20,000 nt of DNA, taken from IMG/VR virus record IMGVR_UViG_3300044732_001058, one strand, 5' to 3'. Source of the stretch: an uncultured virus (IMG/VR IMGVR_UViG_3300044732_001058). Lineage: Duplodnaviria; Heunggongvirae; Uroviricota; Caudoviricetes. Numbering within the stretch: position 1 is the stretch's first letter; each line of letters opens with the position of its first letter. The position numbers and the translations under genes were made by a program. This document shows positions 9,702-18,547 of this stretch, in pieces. Under the pieces are notes generated by a model. That model saw nothing but the letters and a program-made list of their open reading frames with translations, was not told where the DNA came from and ran no database searches.

Positions 9702-10008
9702 AAAATTTCTTTTGAAAATTTTGTTTTGCCATATGTCTTTGATAATTACAATAATCAACGTGTTGTGCGGTTACTTCATTATTTTTAGCTTTATTAACCG
9801 CATCAAATGTTAATTCATTAGCTTTAATCATACTTTCGTATTCTTTTGAATGCATCATGTGCGACCATTTTTCGTTATCAAATTGATTTTGTAAATACAC
9901 ATAACATTTGATCCAAGCATTATTAGATATAGAAGATTTTTGTTTTTTAACCTCTAAGATACTAAGATAATCAAATGCGTACGCTTCATCTACTAATAAA
10001 GTTATCAT
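9631..10008 (-). CDS. Hypothetical protein (125 aa), loosely DUF6165-like
   Basis: N-terminal FDYLSILEVKK recalls the D-K/Y-x-x-IL-E-I/V-K motif of small proteins found beside glycosyltransferases. It starts 2 nt after the stop of the giant glycosyltransferase. The family call is tentative. Confidence 0.5.
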   Translation of the reverse strand: MITLLVDEAYAFDYLSILEVKKQKSSISNNAWIKCYVYLQNQFDNEKWSHMMHSKEYESMIKANELTFDAVNKAKNNEVTAQHVDYCNYQRHMAKQNFQKKFFTSDLSELKIGYEKYIHNNHTDV

Positions 10009-10010
10009 TT

Positions 10011-13000
10011 TTATAATTCAATATGTATAATTACTTCAGTATAATATTGTAAAAAATGATCATTATAAAGATCCCATTTTATATCTGCGCCATCTAATGA
10101 ATAAATACTATAATTTTTAAATTTATTAATAGCGGTATCTCTAAAATCACGAAATTTATTTTTAAAATCATTATTACCCAAATGAAATTCAGCAACTAAA
10201 AATTTTACATTTGATTTCAAAATGTTTAAACAGTCCTCGCTAAATAAACCATATTCACTGCCTTCTATATCTATTTTTAGAAAATCTATTTTATTTATAT
10301 TTAATTTGTTTAAAAGGGTTTTGAAAGTAATAGCTTTGCATTCGTATGACTTATCATGGAAAATGTAACTGAAATCATTTTCACAAAAATCCGCACCATT
10401 ATTATCTATTGCGTAGTTCAAACATGTTACGTTTTTATAGTTTTTCATATTACTTTTTAATGTTGAAAACATTTCAAGTGATGACTCTACAGCATAAACG
10501 TGTTTAGGATTTTTATTTAAAACACTCATCACAAACGGACCAACACTAGCTCCTAAATCAACAACGATATCCCCTTCAGATACTTCGTTAACTTTTTCAT
10601 ATATTTTGTTTTCAAAAATTTCTTTCTTAACCGAATCCTCAAAAGAATCATCAATTTTTAACCATTCAAAATCATTATTTTTATTTTCTAAATCTAAAAT
10701 GCATTTATCTATTTTTTCTTTTACCATATCAAATGTAATTTCGCGAGAACATTCGAAATCTTTATCTCTAGGACACCAAAGCCAATTTGATCTATCGAAC
10801 GTACAATTCACATCGCTCCAACAACTGTTACAAACGTTTTTATTATGAACTCGATATGGTGTGTAAAATTCAGACTTAGGGTCTGAAAACCCAGAAATCA
10901 TTACGACAGATTTTTCGCAAGCCCATGCTAACCATGACAAGCCAGATCCTAAACCTATAAAAAATTCACAATGATATAAATCATTTATCCTGTCTTCCAG
11001 CGGCAAATCTCCAGTTTTATCTATAACATTTTTAGGAATAATATTCATTACGTCTTTCGCCCCATAACCATAATGCTTATCGATGCATACCACATCGTAA
11101 CCAAGTGAATTTAAATAGCTTACAACTTTAGTCCATCCTTCTTTATTGTTCCAGTATTTGCACTGGGCGGTAGATTGAGTCGCTATACAAACGTATTTTT
11201 TATTAAAATTAGATTTTTTTGTTTTATCAAAATTTAATTTGCATTTTTTTTCTTCATGTTTAATTCCTAAAATATTACTAGCAACTTCTTGTAAAGAGTA
11301 GGGTTTCCAATCGCTTTCATTAAAACAACCTATTTTATAAACGCCTTTCTCATCATCAGAAGGTTTTTCACAATAATCATAAAAATTAATCATGGGATAT
11401 TCATTAATAAATAATTCTTTATGTGGAGTATAATAATTTACTTTTTTTCTTTTTTGCAATGCGAATTCATTTACAATTGGAACCCAAGCTATAGCATCTC
11501 CCAAACTTCCAGATTCATTACAAATATTTATTTCTTGAGAATCTAAATTAATATTTTTATTTACATTTCCGACAATATAAAAATGCCTAATATAAGAAAA
11601 CCAATTATTAATATTAACAAATGAAGATAAATTATTTTTTAAATCATTCATCCCATTTGAGACGTTAGTATCTCTCTCTTCGTTAGAAATGTATTTATCG
11701 TCATAAAGTTTGTAAAAAATTATACGAGCATTTTTATTTTTAAGACTTGAAATTATATTTTTTATTTCGCTTGTGTCGTAATAGTTAAGCACGATCACAT
11801 ACACATCATGAAAAAAATTATTATTTATTGTTAAATTTTTATCAAAAAACAAATCGTTTAATAATTTAGCGTTTTGATTTTTAGTGAAAATAGACACGCT
11901 TTCATTGAAGTTTAAATCAAGATAATTTAAAGCGCAAGTTTCTTTATATAATGAAATAAATGTAGTGTCTACTAATGATTCTGAATTTATTAGTTTTTTA
12001 TAAGCTATATCAAAATTATTATTAAAACCTTTTGAGATCGGAGAATGAGATTCCGAATCTGGCCTGTACATCCATGTGTATAAATTTCTTGGTATGTGTA
12101 ACCACTTACCATATGAATTTACATACATTATATGATAAGAATCATTTGCACACGCGTTGAAATCTTTAATTAAAAATTCTAAATCTTTAATGTTTTTAAA
12201 ACATCTTAAATACCCAAGGGAATAATAATTTAAATTATTTAAATAATCAACAGACGGATGAAATTTATTTATTTTTGATTTTAAAACTTCATTATTATTC
12301 AATAAACCTAATGAATGTAAGTTTCCATTTGATTCTTCTATTTTTTTGAAATCACAAGTCATGAGACATATTGATTTATCATTAGATAAAAATTTGTTAT
12401 ATATACATAAAAAATTCAAATCAAAAAAATCGTCAGCATCTATCGCAACAATATATTCAAAACTTTTATCCATAAAAGCATTTGGTTGCCAATACATTTG
12501 TTTTTTAAACTGCTGTTCAACATATTTTATTTTATCTGTTTTTAAGGTTTTTAATTTATCTAATATTAAATCTTTAGTGTTGTCAGCGCTAAAATCATCA
12601 GTTATAAACCATGTAAAATTATTATATTTTAAATTTAAAATGTTATCAAAAATAGCGTTCACATATTTAGCGCTATTATAAAAAGAAGTGTACAAAGCGA
12701 ATTTTATTTCATTATTTTCGTTTAACGGCTTTGTATTTAAATTTTTTAATTTTTGCAAAATAAATTCAGATGTATTTATATCGTCTATCAAATAAAAATT
12801 ATTTTTTTCTAAATATTTATCTGTATAATTTGTACATTTTTTGCATACGACCTCCATATTCCAAGACAGCGCTTCTTTTACACTTAATGGATTCAATTCT
12901 TTATTAGATGGAAATAAAAACATATCCATGCATGACATAAACAAATCCACATCAGACCTCTCTCCCCAAACTTTGCAATTATGCAATAACAATTGGTCTT

Positions 13001-13715
13001 GAGGTATGTCACATTCATTTAAAAAACATGAATTACCAATAAAATGAAATTGTATTTTATAGTATTTTAATTTTTCCGCTAAATCGAAAATATATTTTTG
13101 ATTTTTATTTTGATTAAAAATTCCCACGTTTAAAACATGCAGATAGCTTGGATCTAGACCAAGAAGTTCTAAAGTATTTTCTCTATTTGGTCTTACATTA
13201 TTTGAAATAGGCACTTCCCAAATAGATTTTATGATGTTAATATTTTTTGATTTTTCTAAATGCAATTCAGAACAAAACATAAATTCATCTGGGATAAATA
13301 TCTTTTTATCAAAATCAAAACTGTTATTGTGTGTTGTTTCTATTATTTTATAAGCTCTATTCGGGCTATAAATTTTTTTTATTAATTCTTCTGGAGGTGA
13401 TTTATATTCAAAACATTCAGGAAACTCATTAAACCAAACAACATCAGGATTGTATTCTTGAATAATATTTAATAATTTAAATTTTTTAAATTGAAATGTG
13501 AAGTCATCTTCCCAAAAGTCGCCTAAACAAATAACATTTTCTTCACCGATTAAATTTTTAATTTTGTTTTTTTGAATTACATAGTCATTAGAGAAATTGG
13601 AAAACTCAATTACTTTTATGGCCTCGTATTTATTTTTATTATTTAATATGAACTGATATAAATATTCAGGACAACCACCTGTAGATAGATGTGGATTAAC
13701 TATTAAAATTTTCAT
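10011..13715 (-). CDS. Multidomain glycosyltransferase/methyltransferase (1234 aa): GT4-like + GT2-like + Aah/TibC-type O-heptosyltransferase + FkbM methyltransferase
   Basis: GT4-like: PHLSTGG...VGIFNQNKNQ...FLFPSNKELNPLSVKEALSW. GT2-like: YTSFYN...ITDDFSADNT...IDADD. Aah/TibC-like: SLGDAIAW...YVCIATQSTAQCKYWNN...FFIGLGSGLSWLAWA...ISGFS...VCNSCW...WCPR...FECSREIT. FkbM: VVDLGASVGPF...IDFLKIDIEGSE. Confidence 0.85.
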   Translation of the reverse strand: MKILIVNPHLSTGGCPEYLYQFILNNKNKYEAIKVIEFSNFSNDYVIQKNKIKNLIGEENVICLGDFWEDDFTFQFKKFKLLNIIQEYNPDVVWFNEFPECFEYKSPPEELIKKIYSPNRAYKIIETTHNNSFDFDKKIFIPDEFMFCSELHLEKSKNINIIKSIWEVPISNNVRPNRENTLELLGLDPSYLHVLNVGIFNQNKNQKYIFDLAEKLKYYKIQFHFIGNSCFLNECDIPQDQLLLHNCKVWGERSDVDLFMSCMDMFLFPSNKELNPLSVKEALSWNMEVVCKKCTNYTDKYLEKNNFYLIDDINTSEFILQKLKNLNTKPLNENNEIKFALYTSFYNSAKYVNAIFDNILNLKYNNFTWFITDDFSADNTKDLILDKLKTLKTDKIKYVEQQFKKQMYWQPNAFMDKSFEYIVAIDADDFFDLNFLCIYNKFLSNDKSICLMTCDFKKIEESNGNLHSLGLLNNNEVLKSKINKFHPSVDYLNNLNYYSLGYLRCFKNIKDLEFLIKDFNACANDSYHIMYVNSYGKWLHIPRNLYTWMYRPDSESHSPISKGFNNNFDIAYKKLINSESLVDTTFISLYKETCALNYLDLNFNESVSIFTKNQNAKLLNDLFFDKNLTINNNFFHDVYVIVLNYYDTSEIKNIISSLKNKNARIIFYKLYDDKYISNEERDTNVSNGMNDLKNNLSSFVNINNWFSYIRHFYIVGNVNKNINLDSQEINICNESGSLGDAIAWVPIVNEFALQKRKKVNYYTPHKELFINEYPMINFYDYCEKPSDDEKGVYKIGCFNESDWKPYSLQEVASNILGIKHEEKKCKLNFDKTKKSNFNKKYVCIATQSTAQCKYWNNKEGWTKVVSYLNSLGYDVVCIDKHYGYGAKDVMNIIPKNVIDKTGDLPLEDRINDLYHCEFFIGLGSGLSWLAWACEKSVVMISGFSDPKSEFYTPYRVHNKNVCNSCWSDVNCTFDRSNWLWCPRDKDFECSREITFDMVKEKIDKCILDLENKNNDFEWLKIDDSFEDSVKKEIFENKIYEKVNEVSEGDIVVDLGASVGPFVMSVLNKNPKHVYAVESSLEMFSTLKSNMKNYKNVTCLNYAIDNNGADFCENDFSYIFHDKSYECKAITFKTLLNKLNINKIDFLKIDIEGSEYGLFSEDCLNILKSNVKFLVAEFHLGNNDFKNKFRDFRDTAINKFKNYSIYSLDGADIKWDLYNDHFLQYYTEVIIHIEL

Positions 13716-15585
13716 TTATTATTGATTTTATTTGTTTTAATACTTCGTCTGAATTTGGTTGACAACGCATCGTTTCGTAGTTTTCTTGACATCTTGGTAA
13801 ATAATGAACAGCATTTATACTGTTCCATTCTCTAACAGAATATTTAAGATTACTAGCGCAAAACAAAGAACATTCACCGTTAACAAATATATGTTTATAT
13901 TTTTGAGAGCCTTTTCTATAAGGAGTGTTAAATTCTGGATGTCTTGCGGAACCTATTTGAACAATCCAAGTATCTGTCGTTCCAGCTAAATGCAATGGTC
14001 CAGAATCTAAAGTAACAATAGCTTTTGCATTATTAATAATATGCCAAAGATCATTTATAGAACTGCCATCATTGCTTATGTCTATTACGTTTTGCCCCAA
14101 CGGTACAAAACATTTTTTATAACAAATAGATTTATCAAAGTTAACTTCTTCATGATCTTTTCCAATAACTACCACATTGAAACCTAGGTGAGATATATTG
14201 TCGGAAAGTTTTTGCCAATTTTCTTGGCTCCACGTTCTATTTTCCCAATTAGATGTAGTGTGCAAACATATATAATTACCAAAATTTTTAATTTCATAAA
14301 TGCAATTATTTGTTGGAAAAAAATCTAATTGTAACTCATCGCTCGTTAAATCAAAACCTAAATCATATGCACAACTTCTTTCTGTGCAACACGCATGATG
14401 TTTTCTTAAAGATTCTGTTTCGTTTAATTTATGAGTTGAGTGTCGTTCAAAAATACTAAAAACTTCGTATTGAGACTTATCTACTGTTTCGTTCAATTTA
14501 AAATTATTTTCTATGTATGGATTATTTTTGAATAAGTCGTAGTGATTAGAAATGATAGATATTTTTGAAGAATAAATGTTAGACAGTTTTTTTATGGCTG
14601 GCGTACTTGTTAAAGCATCGCCCATACCAACAGCGTTAATTATTAATAATATCTTTCGATCAGACGAGTAAATATTAATAGGATTGTTCTGTTTATTTTT
14701 GTAAATAATTTCTGTTTCTAGGATTTTATAATTGGTTGGATTCGGGCGTCCATGCAAAAAGATAATATTTTGAATTTTTTGCTTCTCTGGTATTCTACAA
14801 AAATCTTTAAGAAAGAAAGAGTTATCGGAAGGGTTATTAAATGCGGAAACCAATGTATTTACTTCGTCTAATGGTATATTAATATGTATGTGATCAAAAT
14901 TAGCATTATAATCGTATTTCCACAACAAACAATTTAAGACGCTTTCTTCATTCATTGCCGCCAAGTATTTATTTTTTATTATTTCTGGGCGATAACAAAT
15001 ATTATACCACTCCTTAAAAAGATCCAAGCTATTTTTATTAAAAAGTAATAAATTACATTGTTTATAAAAGCTATCACGTTTTTGTATCGAAACATTTAGA
15101 AACCTCATCAAATCAGCTTCTAAACATTTATTTACATTTAAATTATTATTTTCGTCATATGGATTACCATGACCATCCATTAACATATATTCATAACAAT
15201 TTAACGGCAAAATAGGATGATTTATATTATCGTTAATCTTGTTAAATAGAAAATCCGCATTCTTGATAAGCATCATGTCAGAATCTATGCAACAATAATT
15301 ATTGTTCTCTTTCGTATTTAAAATCTCTAGACATAAATTAGCTTTCAAATACAACATGTATTTTTTTGTCCAATGTTGCATTTCATCATCGTTTAAGTCA
15401 TACGGCAAAAAACGAGTATGATCAAAATCGTATCTAATAGGAATTACATTATCAAATTTATTTTCGTAATCAAAATTTATTGTATAATAAATGATTTTAT
15501 AAGAAGAGTACTCTTGTAAAGTCTTAAATAGTCTTTCGGCAATGTGTGTATAATTTTTATCTGAATAAGTGAAATAATAATTCAT
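13696..15585 (-). CDS. Two-domain glycosyltransferase (629 aa): GT-A (DxD) domain + GT9 ADP-heptose transferase-like domain
   Basis: N-terminal YLKA...CIDSDM...NEESVLN...FLHG. C-terminal GMGDALTSTPAIKKL, ICLHT...RTWSQENW, IVTLDSGPLHLAGT. Confidence 0.8.
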   Translation of the reverse strand: MNYYFTYSDKNYTHIAERLFKTLQEYSSYKIIYYTINFDYENKFDNVIPIRYDFDHTRFLPYDLNDDEMQHWTKKYMLYLKANLCLEILNTKENNNYCCIDSDMMLIKNADFLFNKINDNINHPILPLNCYEYMLMDGHGNPYDENNNLNVNKCLEADLMRFLNVSIQKRDSFYKQCNLLLFNKNSLDLFKEWYNICYRPEIIKNKYLAAMNEESVLNCLLWKYDYNANFDHIHINIPLDEVNTLVSAFNNPSDNSFFLKDFCRIPEKQKIQNIIFLHGRPNPTNYKILETEIIYKNKQNNPINIYSSDRKILLIINAVGMGDALTSTPAIKKLSNIYSSKISIISNHYDLFKNNPYIENNFKLNETVDKSQYEVFSIFERHSTHKLNETESLRKHHACCTERSCAYDLGFDLTSDELQLDFFPTNNCIYEIKNFGNYICLHTTSNWENRTWSQENWQKLSDNISHLGFNVVVIGKDHEEVNFDKSICYKKCFVPLGQNVIDISNDGSSINDLWHIINNAKAIVTLDSGPLHLAGTTDTWIVQIGSARHPEFNTPYRKGSQKYKHIFVNGECSLFCASNLKYSVREWNSINAVHYLPRCQENYETMRCQPNSDEVLKQIKSIINENFNS

Positions 15586-15586
15586 T

Positions 15587-16192
15587 TTATTTTATTAAAA
15601 ACCAGCTTCCAAACCATTCGTCTTCAGTAATATGAAACTTATAATTATTTTCTTTACAAAATTCTTGAACAGCGGGGTTAACTCCAAACTGTCCAGCATA
15701 ATTACCATTGTTAAAGTATATATGTTTATTAATTCCATCTTCTGCGAAATTTTTATCAGCAAACCAATCCATTTTTATAAAATCATGTCCAGCAAAAATA
15801 CCACCTTTTCTTAATTTAGAAAACCATAGTTTAATGTCAGCTTTCACAAATTCATATTTATGGTTAGCGTCTAAATAAATAAAGTCAAGAGATTCATCGT
15901 TAAATAGTTTAACTGCGTTTTCACTGTTAGTTCTTATCATGTGGCATCTGTCTTCATGACCAGAAATGTTTTTACAACATTTATACATAACATTTATATA
16001 GTCTTGTCTGTTGCATGAGTCAGAGTATTCGGCGTTATTAACTTTGCGCCATATATCTATTAAATACAAATCTCCTTTCCATGTTTTTAATATTTCTGAC
16101 GCGTATTCGCCTTCATAAGTACCGATTTCTACTGCTCTACCTAATTTATATTTAGATTGGAAAAGGTTTATTAATTCTATTCTATTTTTCAT
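15587..16192 (-). CDS. Class I SAM-dependent methyltransferase (Methyltransf_24-like, 201 aa)
   Basis: VEIGTYEG, LIDIW, LDFIYLDANHKYE..KADI..W..KLRKGGIFAGHDF, GVNPAVQEF. Confidence 0.85.
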   Translation of the reverse strand: MKNRIELINLFQSKYKLGRAVEIGTYEGEYASEILKTWKGDLYLIDIWRKVNNAEYSDSCNRQDYINVMYKCCKNISGHEDRCHMIRTNSENAVKLFNDESLDFIYLDANHKYEFVKADIKLWFSKLRKGGIFAGHDFIKMDWFADKNFAEDGINKHIYFNNGNYAGQFGVNPAVQEFCKENNYKFHITEDEWFGSWFLIK

Positions 16193-16997
16193 AGACGTTT
16201 TTTATTTTGCTGATATCGGCGCATGAGTGGCGCACTTCTTTCTTCGCTTCCTTGTATATTATATGACTACCGAATTGTTTTGCAAGCGAGTTTATAGAAA
16301 TAGATTTGCCGATCCCTATATTAAATATCTCATTCTTTACTACAGTGATTATTAATCTAGAAACGTAATTACACACATCGCTAACACTGACGAAATCCCT
16401 AGTCTGTTCACCATCTCCATAAACGATCAGCGGCTCTTTTTTCTGAGCGGCGACATTAAATGCCGTTATGACTCCAGCGTATTGCGGATTCTGTCCTTCA
16501 CCATACACATTGAAGAAGCGAAATATTAAATAATCAATACCCCATTGTTGGCAATACATTTGTATGTATTTTTCGGAGGCTAACTTATCTAATCCGTATG
16601 GACTGTTAGGTTCGGCGGCATCAGTTTCACTCACCGTACCTTCTTTGCTGCCATATACCGCTGCGCTAGAAGCGAAGACGAATTTCTTAATCTTATGAAG
16701 GTGGGCGGCTGATAATAATTTTATAGTACAGAACGTATTATTGCCAAAGCTATTTATTGGATCTTCAAATGATTTCGGTACACTCACCATACCAGCTAGA
16801 TGAATGATAGTGTCTATATTATCGAAAAAGATATCGTTAACGTCGATATCTAGTATATCTATTATCTTTTGTTTGTCGGGCGGCAGTGCGGGGCTGCTAA
16901 TTTTGTCCAGATTATAAATGTCATGTCCGTCATTAGATAGTTTTTTTATTAAATGGGTGCCAATAAAGCCGCTGCCACCAGTAATCAATATTCTCAT
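16182..16997 (-). CDS. NAD-dependent NDP-sugar epimerase/dehydratase (GalE-like extended SDR, 271 aa)
   Basis: ITGGSGFIG, IIHLAG, FASSAAVYG, SPYGLDK (YxxxK), RFFNVYG, GDGEQTRDFV. Confidence 0.92.
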   Translation of the reverse strand: MRILITGGSGFIGTHLIKKLSNDGHDIYNLDKISSPALPPDKQKIIDILDIDVNDIFFDNIDTIIHLAGMVSVPKSFEDPINSFGNNTFCTIKLLSAAHLHKIKKFVFASSAAVYGSKEGTVSETDAAEPNSPYGLDKLASEKYIQMYCQQWGIDYLIFRFFNVYGEGQNPQYAGVITAFNVAAQKKEPLIVYGDGEQTRDFVSVSDVCNYVSRLIITVVKNEIFNIGIGKSISINSLAKQFGSHIIYKEAKKEVRHSCADISKIKNVYEK

Positions 16998-17350
16998 ATA
17001 TAGTATTGTATATTATTTTGCGTGTTCAGGTATTCTATAGCGTTATAGAGAATAGATATATCATCATTGAATCGCCCAATGCCTAAATTACAACTGTTGC
17101 ATATATACCCGCGAAATGTATCGTCAAAATGACAATGATCTAATATCCAAACCGTTGTGTGATTTTTGCAGATGGGACATGGCCCAGCAATAGGTGGGCG
17201 GTTCTGGGCGCGGAGGTTTCGGCGCAAGGAACTGAGTTCGTTATTACACGATCTGCATGTGTTTTTGCGGCCAGCATCGTTCGTAGAGAAAAAGGGGAAC
17301 TCAATTATATCTTTTTCTTTCTTACAGTTTCGGCAGATCTTGATAGACAT
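16994..17350 (-). CDS. Endonuclease VII-family (His-Me finger) nuclease with N-terminal zinc finger (118 aa)
   Basis: CRNC...CRSC, then CPIC...LDHCH...FRGYICNSCNLGIGRFNDD, the recombination endonuclease VII signature. Confidence 0.85.
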   Translation of the reverse strand: MSIKICRNCKKEKDIIEFPFFSTNDAGRKNTCRSCNNELSSLRRNLRAQNRPPIAGPCPICKNHTTVWILDHCHFDDTFRGYICNSCNLGIGRFNDDISILYNAIEYLNTQNNIQYYI

Positions 17351-17357
17351 TTATTAT

Positions 17358-17366
17358 ATTATATCA
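17358..17366 (-). promoter_or_regulatory. Extended -10 element TGATATAAT upstream of the endonuclease VII gene (same 9-mer at 7854-7862 upstream of the zinc-ribbon gene)
   Basis: Minus strand reads TGATATAAT-ataataa-ATG (start 17350) and TGATATAAT-aacc-ATG (start 7849). The background is AT-rich, so chance matches are possible. Confidence 0.45.
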
Positions 17367-17370
17367 TACG

Positions 17371-17480
17371 TAGAAAACATGGGTTTTTTTATTTTTTGTT
17401 TATAGAAAATATGGGTTCGTATTTTTTTTGTTTTTTGTTTATAGAAATATAGCGTTTTTATGTTTTTTTTATAGGAAAAG
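17371..17480. repeat. Degenerate AT-rich tandem repeat, about 3.5 copies of TAGAAAAYATGGGTT-Tn-GTTTA (~30-39 bp)
   Basis: TAGAAAACATGGGTT at 17371, TAGAAAATATGGGTT at 17403, TAGAAATATAGCGTT at 17442 and TAGGAAA at 17472, separated by T-tracts. Confidence 0.6.
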
Positions 17481-17670
17481 GGGGGAGGGTATGGATTGTG
17501 TTGTTGTTGAGATAAGAAGAAGGAGATATAATAGATAGATATAATATGATGGTTAACTATGTTAAGGATTATAATGTTTAAGAATTTGGGGTTTGAGAGA
17601 TTGAGAATAACCTCCCCCCGCCTATATCACACAAAAGTCAAGAACTTTTTTTTTAAAAAAACGGGGGGGG

Positions 17671-17707
17671 TTGGCATGGCAAATGCTGGGAGCATAACGC
17701 GTGCCAA
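17671..17707. promoter_or_regulatory. Face-to-face pair of sigma54 -24/-12-like sites (sites 1 and 2)
   Basis: Plus TTGGCATGGCAAATGCT (17671-17687), then GGG, then minus TTGGCACGCGTTATGCT (17691-17707). Confidence 0.7.
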
Positions 17708-17758
17708 CCTACTGCGGCCAGGCCATCAAAAAAAAGTGAGAAAAAAAGCAGATAAAAA

Positions 17759-17787
17759 TTGACGACCTGCAAAATTTCGTGCATTGT
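17759..17787 (+). promoter_or_regulatory. sigma70-type promoter for a leaderless transcript
   Basis: A-tract UP-like region, TTGACG (17759-64), 17 bp, CATTGT (17782-87), 6 nt, ATG at 17794. Confidence 0.6.
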
Positions 17788-17793
17788 ATGTAC

Positions 17794-18030
17794 ATGAAAA
17801 ACGAAATGACGGTCCTGAAGATCAGCAAGTTCAAGAGCGTGGTTCTGGTCTCGGTGACGTACCGATTGGCGAACGGTGAAGTCCGTGTGGCTTCTGGCAA
17901 GACCGAAAGCGAAGCAATGGCGAACATGACAACCGAGACGACGAAAGTCCTTGACTTCGCCCCGCTTGCAAAACGGAGCGATAGCGGAACAAGCTTCCGA
18001 AACAACCGAGGCATGATGGTCGAGGTCTGA
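17794..18030 (+). CDS. Small hypothetical protein (78 aa, MKNEMTVLKISKFKSVV...)
   Basis: The track calls 17779..18030 from an upstream non-ATG codon. I moved the start to ATG 17794, which matches the predicted +1. Confidence 0.7.
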   Translation: MKNEMTVLKISKFKSVVLVSVTYRLANGEVRVASGKTESEAMANMTTETTKVLDFAPLAKRSDSGTSFRNNRGMMVEV

Positions 18031-18049
18031 AAAAAAAGTGAAAAAAAAG

Positions 18050-18078
18050 TAGACAGAAAACGCCAACTCGACTAAGGT
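18050..18078 (+). promoter_or_regulatory. sigma70-type promoter for a leaderless transcript
   Basis: AAAAAAAAGTGAAAAAAAAG, then TAGACA (18050-55), 17 bp, TAAGGT (18073-78), 6 nt, ATG at 18085. Confidence 0.65.
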
Positions 18079-18084
18079 AACACC

Positions 18085-18255
18085 ATGACAAACGACTTCG
18101 CCAACATCAACGCCGAGAGCAACATGAGCAGCATGACCACCCTGAGCTTCGAAGAAATCATCGAAGCCAACGCATGGTTCGACATGGTTTCCGCTCAATT
18201 CGACGAAGTCGAAGCGGCATGGGATCGCCTTGTTGAATACGTTGACAACATCTAA
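18085..18255 (+). CDS. Small acidic hypothetical protein (56 aa)
   Basis: Not in the ORF track. Manual translation: MTNDFANINAESNMSSMTTLSFEEIIEANAWFDMVSAQFDEVEAAWDRLVEYVDNI*. It has 12 D/E, 1 R and no K, strongly biased codons, and a promoter placed at its ATG. Confidence 0.75.
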   Translation: MTNDFANINAESNMSSMTTLSFEEIIEANAWFDMVSAQFDEVEAAWDRLVEYVDNI

Positions 18256-18287
18256 CACAACAACAACAACTTTAATACAATAACAAT

Positions 18288-18491
18288 ATGTCAAAACAAT
18301 CTCTCTCTATCAATCAAATCATTCAGTTGCGCCAAGGTCTAGAACTACGTATCACAGAACTACAAAAGCGCATTGATCAGTGCAATGACATTAATCTGCC
18401 CGGTACTGCAAAACTTTGGCAAACCGATTTGAATGAAGTTACCGCAATGCAAAACATATTGAATTCTTGTTACACTGTAACTCTTGAATAA
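18288..18491 (+). CDS. Small helical protein, paralogue A of a C-x3-N-x7-W family (67 aa)
   Basis: Aligns without gaps to 18548..18733 and 19673..19864 (C32, N36, W44). It has an (AAC/AAT)-rich leader. Confidence 0.75.
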   Translation: MSKQSLSINQIIQLRQGLELRITELQKRIDQCNDINLPGTAKLWQTDLNEVTAMQNILNSCYTVTLE

Positions 18492-18503
18492 AAGGTAATA
18501 CAA

Positions 18504-18529
18504 TAAGGGCTGTACTAGTACAGCCCTTA
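18504..18529. repeat. Perfect 26-bp palindrome TAAGGGCTGTACTAGTACAGCCCTTA
   Basis: Self-complementary over 26 bp, intergenic between paralogues A and B, with no U-tract after it. Confidence 0.85.
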
Positions 18530-18547
18530 CAATAACAATATAATAAC

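Noticed and set aside
1077..17452. Short ORFs nested in or antisense to the long genes (for example 1861..2052, 3290..3478, 7533..7838, 10606..10848, 12346..12681, 17159..17452)
   Set aside because: They lie wholly or mostly within well-supported genes and show no recognisable motifs.
17620..17642. Minus-strand TTGACT as the -35 of a promoter for the leftward operon
   Set aside because: There is no -10-like hexamer at 16-18 bp spacing; that position falls in a G-run.
17559..17762. 67-aa plus-strand ORF
   Set aside because: It runs through T/A/G homopolymers, the sigma54 site pair and A-tracts. The low-complexity product is probably not real.
17653..18294. 213-aa minus-strand ORF and nested minus ORFs 17709..18014 and 17831..18091
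   Set aside because: They are antisense shadows of the plus-strand ORFs at 17794 and 18085, which have promoters and coherent codon bias.
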